Shown one piece after another: positions 47,326 through 57,113 of a stretch of 64,000 bases of DNA. Below the pieces are notes generated by a model that made no database searches, was not told the origin of the DNA, and saw nothing but the letters and a program-made list of their open reading frames with translations. Numbering within the stretch: the stretch's first letter is position 1; the number at the start of each line of letters is the position of its first letter. The position numbers were made by a program, and so were the translations under genes. The DNA is from Minutocellus sp. GHC0000111 (Eukaryota), in the NCBI GenBank assembly GCA_977018835.1, contig OZ361260.1, forward strand, positions 2,108,001 to 2,172,000. The letters run 5' to 3'.

Positions 47326-48744
47326 ATGGATTTGCCTTATTATTTGACGTCCCCGTTGTTCAGCTGCTGCCCCGTTTACTTAATGATGCATAAGAGGAGG
47401 CTTGTCGGTCCGGCATCGGTCGCTCTGACGGCGACGGTCGCTCTTGCGTCACAACAAGCAGCCCAGGTGCAGGCTCAGGAGGCGCAGAATTGGTCGGCAT
47501 CCGCAGCACCGCCAGTATCGACAACGTCGTTCAACGCTGGTACAAATAATGCCCGCTTGTTGGGCCGCAGGTTAGAAGATATGGACTATCAACAACAACA
47601 AGATAAAGAGCAAGACAACTACCACAACAATGACAATGGAGCGTACCCGTATGACTTATCGACGTATTCGATTAGGTTTGAGAAATGCCAAAACGTCATT
47701 TCATGGAATGACGACCTAGCCGAAGAGGAGGACGCCACCACCGTCCTTGGGTTGGAGCACTTCGTCATCTTTCGCCTCTGCCCGAGCGATAGCTGTCGTA
47801 CTTCTTGCTCTTCCGACTACGGGGTACCCTTTGGTGAGTACGTCTTGCCTGTTGAGGATTATCTGGCCTCGGCTACAGAACAAAGTCGTCGCGCCTTCGA
47901 GAATACCTGCCAACAGTGTGAGGAGGCATGCAATGAGGGAGGATATTGCGATGAGTCCTGCCTCGCCGATTGCCAAACGTACGAGAATCTAGGTGACAAT
48001 GGCTACGTCGAGGCATCATCCTACATCCATTGTCAGGAGATGGACGTAGTCAATGGCGATGATGACAATGCTGGCGGTGAGGGCAACAATGAAGCAGAAG
48101 AGCAACAGCTGTACATTGGACCGAAATGCAGTGCCAACGGGAGGAGGATTTACATTGGCCTTTTCACTGACGAGGATTGCAGCGTAAAATACGAGCTGCC
48201 TGAACACAAGACCATGAAAGATTTCATCGGATTCAAGCTGTGGTACGGAACCCTTTCTGCCACGTACGATCATTCCAGCAGCATGTCATCGGGGTGTATT
48301 AGCTGCGCAGAAGATAATGAGGATGGTGATGGAAAGGATAATGATAAAAATGATGCCGACGAGGTCAATGAGATGTGCGAGGAACTCTACAATGCCGCAG
48401 GCAAATGCGAGACAAAGCACGGAATTTCTGCCGGCTTTATGCAGACCAACCGAGAGGATGGCAACAATGAGAACCAGGCGAACAATGAGGCCAAGGTCTG
48501 CACTTTTATTGATTCGCTGGTGTTGGAAAGCTACACAGAAAAGGGCGAAATCAATGCCGTCGGGTCCAAGGCCAAGGTGGAGATCAACGTCGAGAAACCT
48601 GGCCGGGGCAACTTCGTTGTAAGGGTGTCTGGAGTTGATGAGCCAATCGTCGAGCTCATTGGCTTGAAACGTCCATTCCCCCCACTCAAGGCACTTGATA
48701 TGGACGAAGTTAATGCCAATGTCCTTGCCGCCCTGGAGGACTAA
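47326..48744 (+). CDS. Silicanin (Sin1)-like Cys-rich protein without the C-terminal TM, ending in a SelH/Rdx-like tail
   Basis: Signal peptide, RRLE, N/Q-rich stretch, YSIRFEKCQ, FVIFRLCP, GEYV..EDYL, LYIGPKC, IGLFTDEDC, CEELYNAAGKCE, YTEKGEI; then VEINVEKPGRGNFVVRV...RPFPPLKALD. Start could be ATG 47383/47386. Confidence 0.75.
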   Translation: MDLPYYLTSPLFSCCPVYLMMHKRRLVGPASVALTATVALASQQAAQVQAQEAQNWSASAAPPVSTTSFNAGTNNARLLGRRLEDMDYQQQQDKEQDNYHNNDNGAYPYDLSTYSIRFEKCQNVISWNDDLAEEEDATTVLGLEHFVIFRLCPSDSCRTSCSSDYGVPFGEYVLPVEDYLASATEQSRRAFENTCQQCEEACNEGGYCDESCLADCQTYENLGDNGYVEASSYIHCQEMDVVNGDDDNAGGEGNNEAEEQQLYIGPKCSANGRRIYIGLFTDEDCSVKYELPEHKTMKDFIGFKLWYGTLSATYDHSSSMSSGCISCAEDNEDGDGKDNDKNDADEVNEMCEELYNAAGKCETKHGISAGFMQTNREDGNNENQANNEAKVCTFIDSLVLESYTEKGEINAVGSKAKVEINVEKPGRGNFVVRVSGVDEPIVELIGLKRPFPPLKALDMDEVNANVLAALED

Positions 48745-48824
48745 AATTGCTCATCCAAGAGGTGGCATTAAGTGCATATACACATATATATGTATTTCGA
48801 GTAGTCTCCAAGAGCGTACAGAAT

Positions 48825-48921
48825 TGTGAAGTGAATGAAGTTGCGATTGCTGGATTGTCAAATAAATGTTGGTAACATGTGACACCGGCACTCCATGCAA
48901 CGCAGCTGAGAAATATTTACA
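48825..48921 (+). promoter_or_regulatory. SECIS-like stem-loop in the 3' UTR
   Basis: tgtgaa/tttaca outer helix, ATGAA (48835) opposite TGAG (48907), gttgcg/cgcagc inner helix, further stems tgctgg/ccggca, tgtca/tgaca and atgtt/aacat, and AAA at 48860. The core-to-AA distance is longer than canonical. Confidence 0.45.
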
Positions 48922-49214
48922 TTTTGTGCCAAGAAGAGAGTATTCGGTCAGATTATTAATACCACGGCAATGTCATTGAGTCCATTTTGCATTCGATGCG
49001 TACGTACCCGCTGCAGAACGCATTGAGAAAAACAAGATATAAAATCTTATATAGTAAATTATTTTTGTCAGTGGTACAACAATCTCTCTTGCATCGGCAT
49101 CGGATACACATTTTTGTAGATCCAAGAAATATGACTTTGTCTAGAGGACGCGGTCTCGGTTCCCTCCAGGCCAAGGTATCCCAACATGCATGCCACTCAT
49201 GTTTTGACTCATCT

Positions 49215-49929
49215 TCACTCCTCATCACCGCCGTCACCGTCGCAGCCCCACTCTCCCTCGCAGCAGTATTGGGCCTCGTCCAGGATGCACCGCTTCTCGT
49301 GCTTGCAGTACCGGCCGGGACTGCACGAGCTGCAGCCACCCCATCCCTCCCAGCTGGCGGGGTAGCAAAGGACGCGGTGGTAGTTGATGTAGAAGTGCGG
49401 ATGCCAGTCGCTGTAGAACTTGTCCCGACGGTTGGTCCGGTTGTAGCAGATCAATTCGTCGTTGCCGCAGCGGGGGAAGCGATCGAGGTCGCACTTGCCG
49501 AACTTGTTCTCGTCGGTGTCGTAGCATTCGTCGAGGTCGTCGTCGTAGAAGTCAATGGCCAGACGGCGTTCGTTGATGATGCGTTGCTGTTGTGCATGAA
49601 GCAGGCACGAGCGGGATGTTAGTGTATGTATGTCATGTGAAAGGAATAATCAAATAAATGAACGGAACATACTAAATAAGCAACGTAAAACGATCGACTG
49701 GGCCAGCAACTGCTGAAAGACTCACCCTCTCCTCCTTGGTCTGAGCGAGGACTCGGCGGGTGGCCTCGGCATTGCCGGCTACCTCGGGCACGGCGGCGGC
49801 GGCGGTGGTCGACGACTCGCCGTGGTTGGCGGCGGAGGATGCCGCTACCGCAGCGGCTGATACCGCCGAAGGACCAGAGGATAGAGCGCACGTGGCGACG
49901 GCGGAAACGAGGAGGGATCGAGCCTTCAT
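49215..49929 (-). CDS. Secreted Cys/aromatic-rich small protein, 2 exons (intron 49587-49725)
   Basis: Signal peptide MKARSLLVSAVATCAL, RRL propeptide motif, and spliced exon 2 with many Cys (ICYNRT..LCYP..GCSSCSPGRYC..RCILD..CC). Confidence 0.75.
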
Positions 49930-52742
49930 CTCTGCTCTTGCTTTGATGAAATAAGAGGCGGGGGGAGGGGAGAGGAGCCGAGGAGCGCCAAGCAAGCTTG
50001 AGGAGCCGCGCGGTTCGGCATTTCGTGAATTTTCACAAGATTTACCACTTTTCGAGCTCGCGCGATGTTTTCTGTTTTCAATGGTTGTCGTACACCATGC
50101 GAATCGCGAGCTCTTTGAGCATAAAATATGAATTTGCAAGCCTGCCCGCCCTCAAATCGGTCTTGTCAAGCCGTCCAAAAATGAGAGGCGATGCGCGGCC
50201 AGCGCAACCCGCCACTTTCTCCATCCAACAGTTGCCATCCAAAGTATCGTCGCAGTGAAAGCTCCCCGAGAGGAAGGTTCTCCGCCCAAGTCTTTGACAT
50301 TTGAGACCTATTCTACGGTAGTAGTCTCTCCTCTATCCGAGAAGCAGAAAGATTGAAAGATACGCGACACGGTTCCTTCTTTGAAAAAAGCAGCACATCT
50401 TGCGCTCGAAATAGTCGAGGACCGCATTAGCTCTCCACTCAACTTGCTTCAATCAGCCCATTATTATCAGCCTGATATTGATACATAGTCAACCATGCCC
50501 CTCCTAGCCGACGACGAATCGGCACCTGCTGCTGCCGCTTCTTCTGCCATGGACACCTCCATGACCGAGACCGACCTCCTCGATTCGGTCGCCGACAAGG
50601 TCCTGGACGAGACGCTGGGCTGTGGAGGTGCTGCCGCCTCTGCTTCGGCTGCCTCTGCAGCCAACGACACGACTATGAGCACCTTCGACAAGGTTTGGGA
50701 GCAGCAGTCCACCTCTGCCGCGGCTGCTCCGTCCAGCGTCGTGAGCGGTACCGCTGCTGACGCGTCCGCCGCCGTCGCTCCTGCCGCTGCCGAGACCGCC
50801 AATGACATCAGCAACATCAGCAACGCCAACGATGATGTCGACGACGACACCTTTTCGTGCGACGAAGAGGCCGTCACGGAAATTAGCGGCAACACCGGCC
50901 GGCAGAATGGCACCGCGAGCGCCACCAGCACTCCGGCCGCCAGCGCCGTTTCGGCCGGGGCGGAGATCACCCAGGACGTGGCGCTGACCGAGATTCAGAA
51001 CGGTGCCGACGGCTTCGACCGGATCGAGGAGGGGCGGGGCAACGACGAGTATGCATACGGCGGAGCTGACGATGACAGCCACAACGATGACGAGAAGGCG
51101 CGCAAGGCACCCAACGAGGAGGCCGTGGCCAACTCCTTCAAGAAGGGAGGGGCCGGCAGCGGTGGCGGGAAACGATGCGGCAAAACGACCATCGTCCTGG
51201 CCGTGCTGGGCGTCATTGTGGCCGCCGCCATTGCCATCGGTGCGTGCGTCGGTGCCGGCGTCATCAGCTTTGGGGGAGATTCCTCCAACGCCAAGCAGGC
51301 ATCAGGGGGAGATCCGATCACCCTCGAACCGACGCCCAGCCCCACCATGGAGGATACCGACCCTCCCACCGTCGAGGTGGGCAAGCCCACCGCTAGTCCG
51401 GTGACCAGGACACCCACCACGTCCAGGCCCACCGCCACCCCCACCCGGGCACCCGTGACGGCCACCCGATACGAGGCCGGGGCCGACTTTGACGTCGCCA
51501 CCGCCCTCAGCGATCCGGAGGCCGTTGCCACCCCCGGCACTCCGCAGCACGAGGCCCTCAAGTGGTTGGTCGACGTCGATCCCATGCGCCTTACCACCGA
51601 TGCCACCGAGGTGGCCGTTGCCGGCAGTGGACTGACGTTGGTGGACAGCGAAAAGTTTTTGCAGAGATATGCCCTGACAACCGTCATCTTTGCTCTGACG
51701 GATGGGGAGCAGAGTGGGGATGGTATGGGATTGGATATTGATGAGGAGGGCGATGTGCCCGAAGACGAAGAGGAGGAGATGGAGGAGGTTGCGTCCGTCC
51801 CTGAACCGGCCCAAGAGACGATGGTTGTGGAAGAAGAAGAAGAAGTTGAGGATATCCTGCAGCAGCAGCCGGTGGACGACAAGGAGGCCGAAAAGGCCGC
51901 CAAGGAAGCCGAGAAGGCCGCCAAGGAAGCAGCCAAGCAAAAGGAGAAGGAGGATAAGGAGGCTGAGACGAACCAGGGACCGGCGCAGCAGGCCAACGAG
52001 CGCTTCCCAGAGGACGACAGCACTGCCACGGAAGGCACTGCCTGGTGGCAGGTCCCTCCCCCGGCTGGAGCTGGTGGCGGCCGTCGCCAGCGCCGTCGTC
52101 ATCGCCGCACCATGGCCGCCGAGCTCCTCCCCGCCGGCATCGACGAGTGCGACCTCAAGGCCATCCAGTGCAACCGGGAGGGCAAGATTACCAAGATCAA
52201 GTTCCGCAAGATGGGCCTCACTGGCATTCTGTCGCCCGAAATCTCCCAGTTCTGGCAAACCCTGACCAGCCTCGACCTGTCCGAGAATCAGATCCAGGGC
52301 ACCATCCCCGATACCATCTACGACATGTACTGGCTGGAGGGTCTGTACCTCAAGTCCAACCGCTTCACCGGCACCATCTCCTCCAAGATTGGGCAGCTTA
52401 CGTCGTTGGTTCATTTCTAAGCTGGCGAGAACAACCTGAGCGGCGGTGTCACCCTTGGCTTTGGCAGTTGCAAGAACCTGCGCAACCTGTCGTTGTACAA
52501 GAACAACCTGTCTGGTCCCATCCCTGACTGGCCTTCGCTCGATGGCCTCTTCATGCTGGATTTGGGCCACAACAAGATGACCGGAACTCTCACCGAGAGC
52601 CTTGGCAACCACCGCATCCTTCGACTGCTGTATCTCAACAACAATCGAGTGAGTATCTCATGAACGAAGGCCCGATCACCGAAATTCTGTAATGTTGTTT
52701 TTATGACGGATGGTACTAATGTTGATATATTTATTTTACTTA

Positions 52743-54699
52743 CGAAGTCCGTTTCGCGAGAAATCGAGCGCAGGGCCGGGACCAAAAAATGTCGATTTTT
52801 GGGCCCGCAACCCGGACACGGACACATGCATGTAATGCCGGAACCATCAAAACTGACAAGAGAGCACTACTCATGCATGTACGGCATGTGTGTGTAGTAG
52901 CACAAATATAGCTCGAATCTAAATAATCTAGTATTATTTTAAACATAACATAACTTAAAAGCACCGCAGGACTAATTATCCATGGTTGGATCAGCAGGAG
53001 GAGGAGCGATAATTTTCCCATCTATCCGAACCATGCCATTTTCAGTCGGCCTGAAATCCTTTCGCACCCCAACATGAATGCCTTCACCGTTTCCAAGAAA
53101 ATCATTGTTGCCTTTTGCAACGATTACCTTCTTTGCAATTCTATGAGCCTGGATGCATGCCGATGCGATCTTCCAGTTTTCCAGCCCCATCCAAACTTCC
53201 TCCGCTGCATCCCAAGTCTGATCTTCTGTCAAAACCTTCAGCCCCTCCCGATCGCGGCTCAACATTGTATGCCGCTTTGACATGCAAGGGAAAACAGACA
53301 GATCAAGAACATTCATATGGGGCATTTGCGGGGCCTGAGGTTCCCAACGCCATCCCTTGTCCCGACAGTATCCTTCCACATATTCCACAAATTCAGTCTC
53401 GGCATGGGGCCCAGCATTGTCGCCCTGAAAAATAGGGACATAGCCTTCAAACTTTCCACCAGGTCCGACCAAAGCCTCAACATCCGGAAACATCTTGTTC
53501 TCAAATAAAGCTTTCAGTGGGAACTTGGGATTATCAAGGGTGCCATGGCTGCATCCAGTCACCGCGCAATCCACAAGGTATAGATCGTCTTTCTTCCGAA
53601 CCACCGGGCCGCAATATTTGATTCTACCATCTGCCTGCCGCACCGCCTCCCTTACCATCAATACACCGAGTAGGAACACCAAAAGTTGACATCCACCTCC
53701 AGCTCCCGCCAAGATTCCCGAGGATTTCGTATCAGAGCATCAACAATAACATCTCGAATGTATGGCTGCATAGCCAGATGAGATCTCCTCTTCATCTCCC
53801 ACATCGCCTTCTCAGATGCAGGTAGAGCACCATACGCCTTCATCCATCCCGAAAATCGTGCACCATGCTCTGCGCTGGACAGCACCGAATAGTCCACCTT
53901 TGCCTGCTCCCTGCACTTGGCAATTGCAAAGAGACATGGTGCAGTATACCGCCGGGTCGCCGTTACAAGATCGTCGATGACAGAACGGAAGGCGGCCGAA
54001 TCAGATGAATCATCGGCACTCGTTGGGAAGCAGTATACCGGTCCAAGTATGCCGATCGCGTCATCGAAATGCTCAGCTTCGACTTCCGCCCGAGACACAA
54101 ATGGATTGAACACATACTCACCGCTGTCTTGGCCATCATCATTGACAAGGAGAAAACTCTCAAGATTGACGGGCCCGAGGATTTTGAGAAGCACATGCTC
54201 CTCAATGTCGTCAGTCGACTCGTCTGCCGGGCGATAAGGGCCGAGAACATGCCCCTCGACATGGATGATGTCGTGGCAATAACTGAATCGGTGTACGACA
54301 AGGCCGCGGAGATGTTCCACTCCTCAGTTACCTTCATCTACAAGTTCAACGGCGTGAAGCGGGAGCTAAAGAAGCTCAAGCTCATCCCGGATTGGCTGTG
54401 GTGCGAGATCCGGGACGAATGCATCGTACTGCCGATCCGAGGCGAGTATCATGCCATCGTTCAAGATGAAGACGAGATGGAGGCCGAACCGTCGCGTCGC
54501 ACGAACGCGTCCATTTGATTAGAGCCGCTGAAATCTAAAGTCTTATCCGAATTATTGTTTCACATGAAGATAAATCAAAATTAGAGTAAAAATAGCCATT
54601 TTCTTAAATATTTCAGCATGACTATTCTTCGAGGCGCTTTTCAATCCCCTCGAAAGCAGTCAAAAACCGGGCGCTCGATTTCTCGCGAATCTGACCTCG
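52743..54699 (-). mobile_element. Tc1/mariner DNA transposon (1957 bp), plant-mariner-like DD~38D, internally deleted
   Basis: 29-bp TIRs at 52743-52771 (CGAAGTCCGTTTCGCGAGAAATCGAGCGC) and 54671-54699 (3 mismatches), flanked by TA at 52741-52742 and 54700-54701. Transposase motifs QGDNAGPH...QAPQMPHMNVLDL. Confidence 0.92.
52972..54320 (-). pseudogene. Disrupted transposase: HMG-box-like and HTH-like N-part (53658-54320) and catalytic C-part (52972-~53660) in different frames
   Basis: AYGALPASEKAMWEMK (HMG helix 3 pattern) and IVDALIRNPRESWREL (HTH pattern). The first catalytic Asp region is not seen. Confidence 0.65.
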
Positions 54700-55295
54700 T
54701 ACACACCTACTTGATTTGTCTTTCCAATTCTTCCCCGCAGCACCGGAAGCATCCCTGACAGCTATCCCAGGATCGGAAACCGCAAGCTGAAGGAGATCCA
54801 TCTTAATAACAACCAGCTCAGTGGTGAAATGCCTTCCGACTGGTCAAACGGCTTTGACTATCAGAAGCACCTTCTGGCAATCCGAGTGGAGAACAACAAT
54901 CTCTCGGGAGAGTTCGACAAGAGCCTCTGTGACCTCGACGTCCGCAGCGGCAGTGCCGAAATGGTAGAACTTGGTGCTGACTGTGATAACTGCTCATGCA
55001 AACTATGCGAACCTTACTGCACCCCGTAAGAAGAAGAAAAGCAAACAGTGTTTTCATAAATATTTGAAGGAACGTCAATTTAGAGGAGATTTCGGCTACG
55101 TTTCATCGTCTCTTGACAGAAACTATGTAACGAAATATGTATAATTTGAGGTAACTTATGAATCTATTACTCATTGCATGTATGTGTTGAAAGGACCTTT
55201 CAACACACCCCAGTGCCCAAATTTGTGTTCGTTGGTTGCTCAATTGTTTCCCATTTTGTAGATTCGAGCTAGAGCCGCTCGATTTCCCTCTCTAG

Positions 55296-56956
55296 CTAGT
55301 TTGTAGTTGGAATGATAGAATCCCATCCATCTTCGCAAAACACGATGGGGTCATCGTCATCACCACTACCCCCAACATCGGTATGGTTCACGCTTGCTGG
55401 TAGACGCTTGCTTTTGCTTCTTTCAGCGTCACATACACTCGCAATAGCTTTCACATCCCCCAAGACGCCATTGTTTGAAGCCCAGCAAAGGTGTGTGATA
55501 GCATCAACCTTCTTGTATTCCCCTTCTTTTAATTTGTGAAAAATTCCCTCAAGTTCCTCTTTTGCTTGTGAAGTATCATCGTCCACACAAATATCCCGCC
55601 TCAAAGTACCAACTACTGCCTCCTTAAGGATTGTAGCTGCGGTATGGAGATAAACACTCTTTGAATGCACAAAATAAGTGGACTTGGAATCCCTTACAAC
55701 TTCTTCGGATTCGTAGATGGCCTCTCCCCGATTCTGGACAAAGGTGGAATAGGCGAATCGGTTCAGGACCAATCGGCCATATTCGCAATTTTCCGGATGC
55801 ATCCGAAATCGATACAAGGAATGATCATAGCCACCTTCGTATGCCTCATCCGTACCACAACCTGCGACCTTGGAGCATTCATCCTTCGGAACGTAGAACG
55901 TTCGGCATTTGTAGTCTTCGAATCCTTCGCAGCCCAAAGCATACATTGCATTGCCATTCGCATGATATCTACCCGTTCTCTGAGCATACCAGCCTCGACA
56001 TCTGCCACGAGCGGTGGTGATCCGACCTGCCAGAGATCATCATCCCCACAGCCCAGCCTTTGGCTTTGCTCCACCAAGGCCGGTACAAAGCCTGCCTGCA
56101 CTGGAACAACATCGGGTTCAGCTAGTAGAAATGTCCTGTACTTGGTTTCCAGCAGCTCAAACAGGGAAAAGAATGTAGAAGCCGCCCCCTCCAAATGTGA
56201 TAGCTCAGGGTCGACATTGGTCAGAGATAGGAATGCAGGCAAATTCGCATTATTAAAGCAACTTGTTGCATTTTCCACCTGCCCTAATTCAGCGATATGG
56301 CGCATAATGGCATCCTTCACTTCGTCCGCCACTTTGCTTTCGGTGAAGAAGACGAGATCGGCAGACTGCTTTGGCGTATCTGGCAAACATGGCGGATGCT
56401 TTGACCAAAACTTGGATAGTAGATGTATAATTTTTGGTAGTTGGAATGGAACAAACGGTACAACCATTGCCACTTGGATGCGACCACCACCACCGCCGCC
56501 ATTTGTAGCAGGTATTTGAGCTGGAGACCGCGCCCGAAACAGTGGAGGAGGAATCGGCAAACCCATGGAGGTTGCTGTCGATGCCGATGCGTCATTGGTA
56601 TCAGTAAGCAACTGGGATGTTGGGTCGCACGAGATGCCAATCGGAGCGGAGGGATGGCTCTGCCACCACTCCACCAATCGTTGTCGACTGTTGGTTGCTT
56701 CCTTTTCATTTGCGGCAGATGAAGGGGCGAGGGTGCGTACGGCAGGTGGTGCTCCGTCCTGCCCTTCAACAACAAGTGCCGCCGCCGCCGACCCAACAGC
56801 AGCAGGTCCCCCAGCGCCACTGCTACTGCTGCCCTCGCTGAATGAGGGAACCACCTTCACATATGCCGCCAACGAGCAGAACGCAACGACGACGAATGTC
56901 GTCGATAATATTATGACAAGGACTCGAGAGCGGCGCCCTCTCCCGTTTGACAGCAT
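55296..56956 (-). pseudogene. Type II membrane glycosyltransferase-like protein with a frameshift at ~55966
   Basis: N-terminal TM and LAEPDVVPV. Restoring one base gives D-YHANGNAMYALG and joins the two track ORFs. Confidence 0.6.
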
Positions 56957-57113
56957 GGCTTGCTTGCTTGAGCATGAAGAATGAGATGGTTACGTTGCTT
57001 GAAGAAACTTCGCCGACTTGACCTCGCCGAGCGCCACGCATTTTGAGTGTCCGCAAGGCCCTTGGCCGCGGCCCTTGCTCATTTTCATCGAACCGACGGC
57101 GACGTTGACCACC

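Larger units (their letters stand above)
50495..55029 (+). pseudogene. Type II membrane leucine-rich-repeat protein; in-frame TAA 52418-52420; intron ~52649-54740 holds a transposon
   Basis: TM, TPQHEALKWL..QRYAL cap, and LxxLDLSENQIQGTIP repeats that continue past the TAA (HF*AGENNLSG) and again after the intron (TGSIP..LNNNQLSGEMP..GADC..CSC). Confidence 0.8.

Noticed and set aside
4757..52420. Wholesale stop-codon reassignment (TGA=Trp/Sec, TAA=Gln) to explain the in-frame stops
   Set aside because: Expected residues differ (Trp, probably Gly, Cys), there is only one stop per gene, long genes such as DPP and GANAB have none and use TGG, TGA and TAA end other genes normally, and frameshift and splice lesions co-occur.
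50995..52612. 347-aa and 436-aa minus-strand ORFs
   Set aside because: Antisense shadows of the GC-rich LRR gene; the same applies to shadows over ABCE1 and GANAB.
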